Below, piece after piece: positions 38,523 to 51,617 of a stretch of DNA of 64,000 bases. Below the pieces are notes generated by a model. That model searched no databases. It was not told where the DNA came from and saw only the letters and a program-made list of their open reading frames with translations. Position 1 is the first letter of the stretch; every line of letters starts with the position of its first letter. Origin of the DNA: Phyllobates terribilis. Taxonomy: Eukaryota. Both the position numbers and the translations under genes were made by a program. The stretch covers positions 174,344,001 through 174,408,000 of the forward strand of contig NW_027362765.1 of assembly GCF_046119375.1 (NCBI RefSeq), read 5' to 3'.

Positions 38523-41500
38523 CTGTTTTATCTTGAGTGGTCTTCGCAAAGATACACTTTAGTGACCTGAAACAGACAGATGGGAAATGAAAGCTGTGAT
38601 CATATGAAGAAGACAGCCTTGGAAAATGATGTTTGCTACTGACCAATACATGGTTCAAAGAGGAAAAATAAAAATCGCATCTGTAAAAAAGGTTGTTTCA
38701 TGAATTATTTGGATTCCACATGCTGTTAAAGGGAACCTGTTAGGTCTGGATTCCCTATTCGTGATGAGCGAGCATGCTCGTTTAACCCTTTAACTGAGCA
38801 GGCTTGGGTGCTTACCGAGTATCTTCGGCGTGCTCGTATATTATGTTCGAGTCCCTGCGTCTGCATGATTTACGGCTGTAAGACAGGCAATCCTCACATG
38901 TGTTGAGGCTGCCTAACAGCCATAAATCATGCAGACACAGGGACTCGAACATAATATACAAGCACGCCGAAGATACTCGGTAAGCACCCGAGCATGCTTC
39001 TCCCCACAGATGCCGCCTCTTGATTGATGGCAGAGACATGCTCTTCTACACGGCATCACGTTTGGCCTCCACTGTCATCAAAAAGCAAAGTCTGCTCTGG
39101 CAGGTTCAAGTGGCCCAACAAAACCGTTGAGCAGAGTGCTGTTTAAATGTAAACCTAGCCTAAATCTGTTTATAATTATTACAATCCCCCAATGTATATC
39201 TCACATGCACAAATCAGCCAAAATGGCCACCACTAAGGTTTGGTTCAAGAGCTAGCACTCTTACACTATATGCACTATTACAGGCAGATTCCATAAAAAA
39301 CAGCACCCCATAAAATGCACAGCAATGTCAAAAGGGCATTGCTGTGCACACATTCCATCTTGCGTCACATCTTTTAGCAACTTCAGAGTTCTGGAAACCC
39401 TGAAGTGGTTAAAAGAAGTGACATGCTCATCCTTAAGGCATATAGTTGAAAAAAAAAATACATGTGGCAAAGCTGCCTTAAAAATGACACAAAGGGTATG
39501 TGCACACGATCTGAAGCCGCTGCGTGTTATGCAGCGTCAAACCCGCAGCGACCAGATGTTACAGCATAGTGGATGGGAGTTCTAGAAATCCCATGTCCAC
39601 TATGCGTCTCTGTGCACCTGCGGATCACCCGCGGAAACTGACTTGCGGCGTGTCTTCTCAGACTGCAGCATTTCAATTTCTTTTGTGGGTCCGCATGTGG
39701 CTTTCCCCATAGACCTATCCTCTATGATTAAAGTCCGTAGGTGAAAAAAAAAAAATGGTGCCGCCTATATGCATAATGAGTGGAAGCCGTGCGGCTATGC
39801 CGGAAAGTCGGGGGCTAAAGCCAGCTCTGGACAGTGAGCACTTACCCTAAAGACGCCAAAGAAAGTACTTTGGGAAAAACACCGCCGGTTTTCCCTGATC
39901 TGTCTTCTGTATCAAAAATAAGGCGGGTGTGACAGCGTCTAAAAGATGCTGTGTGCACTTAAACTTAGGGCTCTTTCACACGTCAGTATCTCCAGTACGA
40001 GTGGTGACAGTTTCCACAGGTACTGGAGAGACTGACACAAGCAGACCCATTCAAATGAATGGGTCTGTGCACATCTCAGTGTGTTTTCACGGACCGTGGG
40101 TCTGTGTGCTCCACACGGAGACAAGTCAGTTTTTTTGTGGATACATGGTAAGCAAAACATACCACACCCGTGTGTCATGTACCTGCGCCTGGGAATCAAT
40201 GCTACAGTTAGCACTGTTCCCAAGTGCCGGTGCTGAACACTGCCCTCATCATAGTTCCCTGCTGGTGCTGCGTTCAACACCAGCAGGGACAATGATGAGG
40301 GTAGCAGCTTCGGAGCGGCTCATTCTCCCAGGCTCCTCGGCAGCAGTCGTGTGGATTACAGAGGGGGACACCTAGGAGAGGGGAGTACATGGATTTTATT
40401 ACTTTATTCTTATTTTTACACAGGTGGACACTGGGAACAGACACCACTACCCTCATCATTGTCCCTGCTGGTGCTGATCGCAGCGCCGGCAGGGAACCAT
40501 CATGAGAGCAGCGTTCCGCACCGGCGTCTGGGAACAGCGCTAACTGTACCGCTGATTCCCAGGTGTCTGTCCGTTTGATCCTAATGCGGCACACGGGACA
40601 CTGATATCTCCGGTAACAATTTTTCCGGTACAGGAGATATACGGACGTGTGAAACCGGCCTTAGGCTGGTTTCACTCATGAGTTCGTGCTGGAGCCATTT
40701 TTGGTCCGTTTTTACAATCCATGTTATAACTCGTATCATGATATTAGGGCTATCCATTACTTTTCACAAGGCCACTTACTTGCAGTGGCAAGTTTGAACC
40801 GCAACACAAATTAAAGTAGGACCTGTCTCTGTATTTTGTTTTTGCACCCCCACAAAAAAAAGGAAGTGTGAAAAGGCAAATTCATTGTAATGGGTCCATG
40901 ATCTCTCTGTAAAAATAACAGCGCAAGTACAAGAAAAATGACGCGTGAAAGAGCCTGAACTGAAGCCTTCCTGTAAGGGCTCTTTTATACATCAGATTTT
41001 TAGTGCGTGCCAGTTGTTATTTTGACAGATAGATCATGAGCCCATTACAATCAATAAGTGTTTTCATGTCTATTTTGGAGGACCGATTATACGGAAAAAA
41101 ACGGAGACGTGCCAATGCAAGTCAATGGCTGAAAAAAAAAAAAAAACAGCACACTTATGTCATCGGAAAGCTGTCCGTATTTTACTGTTTTATGGGTGTG
41201 AGAAGAATTTTGTTTCATGCAATAAGAGAAAAATTTATGCAACAAGAACTGCAAAAACTGACACATGGACCAAGAACGGGTCTAGCACACAGAAAAAAAA
41301 CAGACATATGAGAACATAAAGACGTCTGAAATCGGCCGTCCTACCTCTCACTTCTTTCCACACAATCAAACTTAGCACATGGATTCGTTTAAGAACTCAA
41401 GACAGAACTTAAGAAATGTAGTTTAATATGATGAAAACAGCCACAATGCTAAATTAATACAAAAAGAAGAAAACAAATGGAAAAGTGCAAACACGTCCCT

Positions 41501-42439
41501 TAAAATAGAACATAAACCAGAAATGTAACACTCACATCTCGTGTATGGGACCCCATGCCTGGGGGAGGCCGAAACCAGGACAAACCTTCAATTCAATTGA
41601 TCCACAAGAAAGGACTGACATCCAATTTTTTAAGCTGCATTTCCACTGACAGATAATGGTGAACAAGCTTTTTTAAAAACGATCGTTTGACAATTATGAA
41701 TCGGTGTAAACAGGCTGCCGGTCACCCGATAAACGAGCAAAATGATAGTTCATCGAGTGAAATCATCTTTTTGCACAGCACAAAAAAAAAAAAAAATCAT
41801 TCTTGGCAGTGTATCATCCTGTGTAAGCAGGACTTACACTGACGAGAACAATGCAGCCTATGTGCACTAAGCATCTAGTGCCACCGCTTGGTCCATATAA
41901 ATGGACTTTTAGGGTCCAATTTACACTGAGAAATTTATGGTTCTCAGCATCGTCCTATGACGGCTCGCACTGCCTAGAACTATGGCAGCCTATGCGCACT
42001 GAGTGATCTACTATACAGTGTTTATCTATTGCAGATTGATCAGTGTAGCATTTTCTTTGGTCTTCCCGTGTAAACAGGCTATTAAACAACCACTGATCAG
42101 GAAAAGCTCACTGATTGGTGGCCGTTTAGTGCCAGTTGGTCTGTATACGGACCCTTATACACATTTTAAGACCAGGTCTTTTTGTGTTCATCTCCATCCT
42201 GTGATGTCCCCTCCTGGCCTGGGTCCGGATAATTGCATGTGTTGATGCCGTCCTCATCAGCTCGGGGTTCTGACGCAATTCCCAGGCCCAATGTGAGAAA
42301 ACAAACAGTTCACAGGGATCATTCTAAAATAATAAACCCTGTTACTTACAAGTATGTTGCATTGTCACCGACACCAAGCAGGCCCAGACTGCAGATATTA
42401 TCCACTACTAAAGGCTATCAGCAGTCACGATACCATCAG

Positions 42440-43280
42440 AGGAGAGAACTACAAGACTCAGCACATCCAGGCTCCAGATATCAGTTGTTATAGGATATCA
42501 GCAGTCAGCATTGTACAAGAAAAGTGAACAACAAGTCTCAGCATGCCCAGGCTCTAACTATTATCAGTTATTTTAGGATATCAGTATTCACAATTCCATA
42601 AGGAGAGAACTACAAGTTACAGCATGCCCAGACTCCGTTATTATCAGTTATAGCATATCGGCAATCAGTACAGTCGTCTTAGTATAGGAGAACTACAAGT
42701 CCAAGCATGTCTGACCTACATGTTTTATCTATTCCTATGGGACATCAGCAGTCAGTACAGTTAGGATAGTAGCGGAGAGAGCTAGAAGTCCCAGCATGTC
42801 TGGGCTGCAGATATTACCCAGTATTATGGTGTAACAGCAGTAGCAGCAGTCAGTATAGTATCTGCGGTGAGAACTACAAGTCTCATCATTTCTGAGCTGA
42901 GGATATTATCAGCAGTCGGTATAGTTAGAAGAGAGAACTAGAAGTCCTAGCATGTCTGAGCTACAGATATTATCCATCATTATGGGATATCAGTTATCAG
43001 CAGTCAGTATAGTATCTGTGGAGAGAACTAGAAGTCCCAGCATGTCTGAGCTACAGATATTATCCATTATTATGGGATATCAGTTATCAGCAGTCAGTAT
43101 AGTATCTGCGGAGAGAACTAGAAGTCCCAGCATGTCTTGGCTACAGATATTACCCAGTATTATGGGATATCAGCAGTCAGTATAGTATTTGCGATGAGAA
43201 CTATAAGTCTCAGCATTTCTGAGCTGAGGGTATTATCAGCAGTCATATAGTTAGGAGGACTACAGGTCCCAGCATGTTCC
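42440..43280 (+). repeat. Degenerate tandem array, units of about 80-90 bp, each with an ACTA(C/G)AnnTCCCAGCATG-like motif
   Basis: About 11 units; the two best-preserved units put the motif at 43026 and 43116 (period 90). Confidence 0.85.
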
Positions 43281-43464
43281 GGCTGCAGATATTATAGTAA
43301 AGGCTAAGTCACCCCTTCTTCTGCAGACACAGCTGGGCTTCTGTCACCAGGGGCGGGTACAGGCTGCTGCGACCCCACTGCTGACAGCACAGCCCTCACT
43401 ACATATGGCGGCGGATGTGCGGACCCCCTCTCCTCTATCCTGCCCTGTGTGCACGGCTCATTAC

Positions 43465-43585
43465 CTGACATCACTGGGAAGTTTAGTAGCGCGGCCATTC
43501 CTGTCCTTCTCCAGCGCTGACTCCTCACGTGACTGATCACATGACCGTGACATCACGCAGGTCCTTTCTCCTACTGGAGCCTAGC
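43465..43585. promoter_or_regulatory. Compact bidirectional promoter region (BEN gene on -, pnpo on +), including a probable non-coding first exon of the BEN gene
   Basis: CpG-rich; minus-strand donor tcag|gtaatg at 43464; TCACGTGA at 43525 and TCACATGA at 43537; pnpo ATG at 43586. Confidence 0.6.
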
Positions 43586-43714
43586 ATGTTAGTGTGTCGT
43601 GGGCTCCTGGCATCTACCTGTGTATCACTCACTGTCCGGGCAGTCAGCGGCAGAGCTGGAAGTGACATCATGGATCTCGGGGCCATGCGGAAGAGTTACC
43701 GAGGTGATAACGAG
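43586..43714 (+). CDS. pnpo: Pyridoxine/pyridoxamine 5'-phosphate oxidase, exon 1
   Basis: MLVCRGLL...MDLGAMRKSYRGDNE|gtaaaa matches PNPO MDLGPMRKSYRGDRE at the end of exon 1; SP2-PNPO synteny is conserved. Confidence 0.9.
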
Positions 43715-44869
43715 GTAAAAGGTCGTGACCCGGGCTGGTGACATCAGCATAAGATTAGGAGGTGTCTGAGGCAACCTGTGGATCCCCGGCTGTTGTGGAA
43801 CTACAGGTCCCAGCAGAGCTAGTACGCTGGTAGCCTCTGTGAGCCACAACTAGGGAAGAACCACGAGATAACTCATGTCTCCGAATAACGTGGACAAATG
43901 AAGATTGTCATTTTGTCCAGGACATACAATATGAATAAAGTTTGTTATCTTACTGCAGGCTGGAAATGAAAGCTGCACCTTGATTGGTTGCCATGGGCAA
44001 CTCTCTGGTAGGTTGCATGTAGTTTGTGTGGTCCTCATGGGTGGAGCTGGTCCTCCAGTGCTCTGGAGACCAGCGGTGCCTGCACTTATCCCCACACTAC
44101 TGACTGAGCGTCAGCAGCATATTAAAGGGGCCGTCCAGCTTTGGGAACTTTTTTTTTTTTACTTAAAGAGGACAGATGAAAGGTGGCCAGTTTTCGCTCT
44201 TATTTTATTCCTGTTGCACCACTTACTTTTGCAGTTTTTGATTTTTTTTTTTGTAAATCCACCATACAGTCCCAGAGATATGGGCCTTTTAAATTAAAGG
44301 GGTATTCCCATCTCCAAGATCCTATCCCAATATGTAGTAGGTGAAATAATAATATTAGTAACTACCTCCAATTAGAAATGTAGTATAGTTCTGATTTTCT
44401 ATGTCGCTTACCCCATGTGCAGGCATTGCAGTAGCTTAGGTATCCATGGTTACAACCACTCATATAGTGACAGTTGTTAGTGGTCGTAACCATGGATATC
44501 TAAGCTACTGCACATAGGGTAAGTGACATAGCAAATCAGAAGAACTATACTACATTTCTAATTGGAGCCATTTGCTAATATTATTATTATTATTACACCT
44601 ACTACATATTGGGATAGGATTTTGGAGATGGGAATACCCCTTTTCTGAGAGGACGTGGCTCACAGGATTCTTTAGGGTCATGTGTTTAGGCTGCTTTGCA
44701 TTCTTACCTTGTGAGCATAAATCATCTGAGAGGAGCTCAGAAAACGAAAGTTAAAAGAATAACAAACTATCCCATGACTGCGGCTGACTGACAGAGTCTC
44801 AGTTAACTCATTCTGCAACCTGCCATACTCTCTAAGACTTATTTTAAGGCGGCAACTGATAAATCAGTG

Positions 44870-45190
44870 ACTGCTGTCCCCTGACTCTGTGTATCTTATG
44901 TGATACAGCAGTCTCAGTGTGTCCTATGTGATGTAGATAGCAGTCTCAGTGTGTCCTACGTGATGTATACAGCAGTCTCAGTGTGTCCTACGTAATGTAT
45001 ACAGCAGTCTCAGTGTATCCTATGTGATGTATATAGCAGTCTCAGTGTATCCTATGTGATGTACAGTAGATAGCAGTCTCAGTGTATCTTATGTGATGTA
45101 TACAGCAGAGACTCAGTGTATCCTGTGTCATGAATATAGCAGAGACGCAGTGTATCCTATGTGAGGTATACAGCAGAATGTCAGTGTGAT
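44870..45190. repeat. Minisatellite with a ~32-bp unit
   Basis: Unit gcagtctcagtgtgtcctacgtgatgtataca, about 9 copies. Confidence 0.9.
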
Positions 45191-48100
45191 GAATCATCAG
45201 ACTGTCTCCCTGCCTTCTGTTTGTGATTGGTTTCTTCCTGTCAGCTCTTACATGCAGGTTGCAGGGAAGCAGCAATGGCAAGGTTTGCTTTGTTGCTGCT
45301 ATAGGATTTTAACTTTTTTTGTGTGTTACAAACTGCTAAAGATAAAATGGCTGTATAGACTTTATTTTCTTTTTTAGCCAGATTACACCCACACCTTAGT
45401 TACTCATGGCCTTCACTATCCATTTTAAACAGAGCAGGCACAACCAAACTATCCCAAACTATTTTTTGGCAAGACCGCTTCAATGGGCACACCTTTAAGT
45501 ATTACATTGCTTTTATCTACAAAAACCTAATTTTCTCAATGCTTTTTGTTTTTACTTTTTTTCTACATGTTGAAAACATTTCCTGTTTCTCAGATAAGAC
45601 TCATTTATTAGCACCTTCCTGCTGCAGCTAATTTTCATATTTTTGCCCTTTTGTTCTTTCCTCAGAATACTACAGGATACACTGTGCTGGATACTATCAT
45701 AGCCAGAGTATTATAACTGTAGCTAATCATTGTATCCCCAGGAGGGATTTCCTAGGTAATAATGTCACCCTGTAATTCAGGGAAGGTGAGGAAATGATCT
45801 ATCCAATCAGTAGAGCATCTACCAGAGCTGTGGTCAGACTGGAGATCACACGACACAGGGGCCTATAGTGAAAGGATGGATGCAACAGAACTCGGCTTGA
45901 ACCAATTTAGAATTCACAAAACTTGTACTGAGGATACGAAAACGTAGAGATATTAAAGCTACATATATAGATATCAATTGTTTAAATGATAATTAAACCA
46001 AGCTATAAAATATTAACCATAACACATTACATGTACCAAATAAAATGTTGGATTACTACTTTAATAGGGAAGGGATGGATGATGATTGACTGATGAACAG
46101 CCATTCTTATGACATAGACAAAAAAACATTGTTTGTGGGGAAATTTGGAATTTTTTGTTCCTTTTCCAGTACATTGAATGTTAAGATGAATGAGTCACTT
46201 GGTACTACAACCCTTCCTGAGAAAAACAAGCCCTGATACGACTGTATTAACGGAAAGATACAAAGATTAGGGTTCTTGGAGAAGGGGAAGAAAAACACAA
46301 AAGTGCAAAAAAAAAAAAAAAATCACCATTTTTAAGGGGTTAAAATAGCCCAATTAAAAGAACAGAAATAAAAGACTGTGTGGAGGAGCCCTAAGGCTAG
46401 GTGCACATGACGTCTTTTTGAAAAAGTGCCCCATAAATGAACATAGTGCACAGCAACATCAAAATGACATTACTGTGCACATCTTCTGTCACTTCTTTTA
46501 ACCGCTTCACTTCTGGGATTGGAAACCTAGAAGTGGGCAGATGAAGTGACATACTCATTCTTTGGGCAGCTTCCGCTCGGTAGATGTCCGCTTCCTATAC
46601 TTTACAGTATAGTGTACAGTGGCGAGGCTTCTGTAAGAACGACAGCAAAACAGCCAACAAAACCGCTTCAGAAAAATGATCGCCAATGTTGTCCAGAAGT
46701 GGCATCGCCTGGGAAAATTGCCGGCTGTGATGACCTCTAAAAGACGCTGTGTGCACATAGCCTAATCGAGCTCTCCATGAAGCTCCGTCTATGAACACGT
46801 ATGTTAATAGCTTCTGCATCTATATAGCTTTCTGGCTGCCAGCAGAGGGCGCAGTATGGGAATGTAAGGCAGGTAAGTGATAGCCTGCTAGATACAGGTT
46901 TCTTACCACCAGCAGAGGGCGCAGCATTTTAAAGTCAAACTTTAAATCTGAGACTATGTTCACACTATAGTTTGGACATTCTTTTTTTGTGTTCCGTTTC
47001 GAGAATCAGACACGTCCAAAAACTGGTGCAAGCAGAAGAAAATAATCCCAATAATTATTATGGGGTCCATCTGGCTTCTGATATAAGTGCATCATGCAGA
47101 ACTTTTTCTGCTTTCCTAAGAACTGACACGTAACAGAACCCAGACTGACCCCATTATAATCAGTGGAGCCCCTCTGCTTCCGTTTGCACCAGTTATAAAA
47201 CGGATCAGGTTTGGACATTAATTCTTTTTGTCTGTTCCTCCGATGAAACAGATTCCCTGTACAGAAGTGTGAGTGCACCCATAGGCTGCTGGAGTGGCTA
47301 TATGGGCACAGGCACATTGTTATAGTATTCACACCATAGAAGTGACACCGTGCTCTTCCCTTGGTTTCGCACATTGTGTTGTCACTGGCTTCTGGGGTTT
47401 CTGTTCTGAATTCTAGACCTGGTACAAATTATGTAGTCATTTACATGTCAGAAGAAGACATGGGGGGGGGGTTCATAACCAGGGCTCCTATGACTCCGTT
47501 TTGTCCAAAAACAGCACCACACTTGACTATATATTACAGTATCAATGGTATTCATTCCCTTCAATAGCGCTGAGCTGTAATACCAGACACAACCTATGAA
47601 AAAGTGTGGCAATGTTTTTATATTCTTGTGTACACCAGTATAAAGGATTAAAGCACTTTAAAAAAAGGCTGCGTGGATGGAAGAAAGTGTCTTGCGGAGA
47701 GATGGTTAGATGGGGGTTCTTTTATTTGGACAACGTGTTTCAGCGCCGCACCGGTGTCTTTTTCAAGTCGCAAAAAAACATCCAAACAGAAGAAACCTTA
47801 TCAAACCGTCTCGCAGCAAGAGACTTTCTTCCATCCAGGCAGCCTATTTTTAAAGGGTGCTTTCACACTGCGCTGTGTTCTACATTCATTGGTTCCGTCG
47901 GGGCTTACAGCTGAACCCCTCCCAAAATGGGATTGGGGCGTATGCACCGACATGGCCATTGAGTATAATGGTGCCAACAGAGTCAATGTGTGCTCTGTCG
48001 TGTATCATTTTCGGGTGTATACGCCTACTAGAGACGTACACTCAGGCGCAGGCTACTACGTCTGGGTGTCCACCACCAGTAGGTGTATACACCCGAAAAT

Positions 48101-48902
48101 GATACACGACAGAGCACACATTGTTGGCACCATTATAGTCAATGAGCGCATACGCCCCAATCCTGTTTTGCTGGGGGCTCGGCCGTAGTCCCCAAGGCGA
48201 CCAACAAACATGGTGAGAAATGCATTGTGTAAGCATCCTTATCCTTTTCACTGAGGTTTTTTGTGGGGGCTCCCTCCCAACCATGAGGTCGCAGCAAGGG
48301 GAAATATAAACCAGGGGCTACTACCAGGGCTGTGGATTCGGTGAGCCAAACCTGCGACTCCGACTCCTCAATTTCCCTTACACCGACTCCACGACTCCGA
48401 CTCCCACATATATTGCTTATATTTAAGTAAAAAATTTATTGTAGTACAATATGAACATCAGACATTTAATCATTTTTATGATACAATAATCAAGATATTT
48501 AGATAGAATATAATGATGGATAGCTGGAGGGATAGATGAATGGATAGATAGAGGGATAGATGGAGGGATAGAGTGTGATAGACAGATGACAGCTACAGAC
48601 AGCAAATAGTACATTGCACATATCGCACATATAGTTCACACACATTGTACAGAGAGCACATAATAATCACCTACAATATTAGCATTAGTTACCTTCCTGT
48701 GACAGAGATGAGCAGTAGTACTTTCACTTTCTCCAGCTCGGGGCCCAGGAATCGGATCCTGTGCAGGGCAGGCACCCCCCCCCCCCTCTCTCTGGCGAAG
48801 ACAGCAGAAGACAGGACAGAGGAGGGGAGATTGCCCCCTGCAGTCTGGAGCCAGTGCAGGACAGGAGCACTACAGCATACAAGTGATTTTTTTATAGGTG
48901 CG

Positions 48903-51617
48903 TGTGATGCGCCCAGGGGATGGGGACGACTCTGCGCCCGGGCCTTGTTGTTGCTTGACTTTGGGGGATGTCACGGTGGCCGGCTCCCGGGCCCATACTC
49001 TGGGGTCACTCTTAAAAGAAAGGGGGAAAGTTGTATGGGATAGGGGAATGTTCGTGACGCCACCTGTAGTGTCTGGTGAAGGTCACCAGCGCTGCAACAG
49101 TCCTCTGAGGCAGGTGTCAGGGCAGCTATAGATGGTTCGGCTCCCCACAGGTGGAGCAGGCCTCAGGGCAGCGTAGAGAGGGTGTAAAATGGAGCGCTGG
49201 CGGGTGCAGAGCCGCGGAGAGAAAGAACAGATAGAGACGGTAGTTGATGTCATCCAAGTCTTTACTCACTTTGGTGCGTGGTCAGCTCAGAGCTTCTCTC
49301 TGCTGTCACACGACGAGCTGCAGCAGCCAGGGTGGGGTTCAGCACACTCCAGGTAGTTCAGGAGCGCTTGACAGGACCCCCGCTCTAAAGTGTTCCTCTC
49401 TTGTTCTACTTCTCCCGCCTTGTGTCCCCCCAGTGAGTCCCGTACGGGTACTGCGAAGTCCCTTGTGGGTAACGTGTAGTTCCCGGACCGACTGGGTGCC
49501 CTTTTTGGTGACTTGTGGTGAGAACTTGGCGTAAGGCCGGGTCCCTCTGGATAAACTCAGATTAGGGCATACAGGTGGCGACTCCGCTCCGTCCGTATCC
49601 CCCTGGGATCCACATAAGCCTCAGGACTTTTCCGACAGAGACATGAAGTGCAAAGTCAGATAATCGGGGACCCGTACCCCCTCTTGCGGCAGGGTCTCTC
49701 TGGCTGGGCCAGAATAAGGTATGCAGGTGGCTACTCCGCTCCGTCCTCACCCCCTGAGATCCTTTCGCCTGTGGAGCCTATCTCCTCTACTCCCCTCCTG
49801 GGCCTTCTTGGTTGGACTCTGACCGGAGACAGAGCCGGTTATAACTCTGCCCCAATCCTCCGTCTCGAGGCCTGAGACCGGGAACCGTGGACCCTGAGCC
49901 GGCTGCAGCCTTGTGCTGACCTGCCATCCCAAAGACCCACGACCAAAGACCCGGTTATTAAAATGGCCTCCAGTTATATAAAATTCTATTAAGTGCCTAG
50001 GTAAAGTGCTTCCTCCACCCTCACTCACTACATGGTTCCTGTGGCACCCCTGAGGGTTCGACCGCCACAGGAATGCTGCACTTCTCTAATGGAGTATAGT
50101 GTTCCTCCTCCGAGGTAAGGCCGGTGTGATAGTTGTGACCTAACCTTTTGCATCCAACACCACACTTCTCCACCAGAGGGAGCTAGTATGCACTAGGTGC
50201 TGCTCCCCTGGTTACAGGGAGACTGGGGAACACAAAGTGGTAGGAACCAGTTAGTGGGTGAGGGTGGAGGACTTACCAGTAAGTTACACTTTAGATTTCA
50301 TATTTAATAGAATGCCATCTTTGATCTTGGTTCTTCTCTGGTCCTTAGTCTAGCCTTTGCTAGTCTGTCGGCTGTCTCTGTGCTGTCAAAATACTGTGTG
50401 TAATGTGACCTCCCTCCGGGAGCGCAGATCCTGTGTGGGCCTGCGCCGGTAAGGGACACAGCCCTCGTACCCTGGCCTTGGGACGAGAGGTAGGTTGTAG
50501 ATAAGGAATGTCTCAACCCGGCCGAGGACCAGGATCAAGAAGGCCCCAGTGTGTGTGGCTCCCCAGCAAATGGGTCCCGGGGAGGATGCAGACGGAGCGG
50601 AGTATGCCACCTGTCCTCGCCTACCTGATCTATTCAGAGGGATTCCGGCTGCAAGAGGGGTACCGGCCCTCCCGACACCCGACCTTATACTTCATGTCCT
50701 GGACGGGAAAGCCCGGATAGGCCGTGAGGATCCCACCGGGCATCGGATGGAGAGGAATTGCCACCCGTGCCCTAGTCCTGAGAGGAGCTCAGAGGGAGAC
50801 CTGGCCTATCTACACACGCACAGACGGGAAAGGGTGAAGTCTGTAGTGCAGGAACACTCTGGTGTAGGGTCACTACCGAACACTGGACTTTCTCGGAGGT
50901 AGTCGGACCCCCGTCCCTGGTGGCCGCAGGACTCCGCGGGGAGCAGGGAGTCGCCTTCCCGCTGTCATCTCTAAGTGAGTAAAGCCTTGGAAGTTCACCC
51001 CTATGGCCTCCGGACTGTTCATTATGCGCCATACCATGCGACGCGGTGCCCGTACTCCCCGCACTACTACTCCCCCTCCATCTTGCCTGCCTGCCCCGAG
51101 GCCTTGCTCCGCCTGTGGGGAGCAGTGAGAACTTTGGCCGCCACGACACCAGGCCTCGGCGGACTGTAGCGGCGCTGGTGGCCCTTCACCAGGCACCACA
51201 GGTGGAGTAGTCGTTAAAACAAGCCACTCAACCCGGACGAGCCCACAACATCTTCCTTTTCATGTGACGGCCCTGAGCACGGGTCGGGTCCGGGCCACGG
51301 CTACATCCCATCTCTCCGTCACAGGGCCCGACACCGAGTCCCCCAACACCCAGGGTAAACTAAACTCAAAACTAAAAGGGCTCCTTCGAGAATTGAGGCG
51401 TCACAGTTCCCCCTAACTTTGGTTCCCCCCATCTCCTCCATCCAGGCCCGGGGCAGCACTATGGTGCTTTAGGCCCCCTTCAGAACTGGAGTGGTGTAGT
51501 GTTGAGTGTGTGGTTGGGGTCCTGTGAGGTACTCCATCCTTACCTGGGAGAGGAGATACCACACCTTATTCTGAGGTGCAGTACCCCTGTGGCGACTGAA
51601 CCCTCAGGGGCGCCACA
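48903..51617 (-). mobile_element. Solo LTR (outer, ~1.34 kb without the insert), Gypsy-like
   Basis: On the minus strand it runs TGTGGCGCCCCTGAGGG ... GGGCGCATCACA (TG...CA); flanks are tgcg / cgtg; no coding capacity. Confidence 0.7.
50040..51405 (+). mobile_element. Solo LTR (inner, 1366 bp)
   Basis: TGTGGCACCCC ... GAGGCGTCACA with a perfect 5-bp TSD GTTCC (50035-50039 and 51406-51410). Confidence 0.85.
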
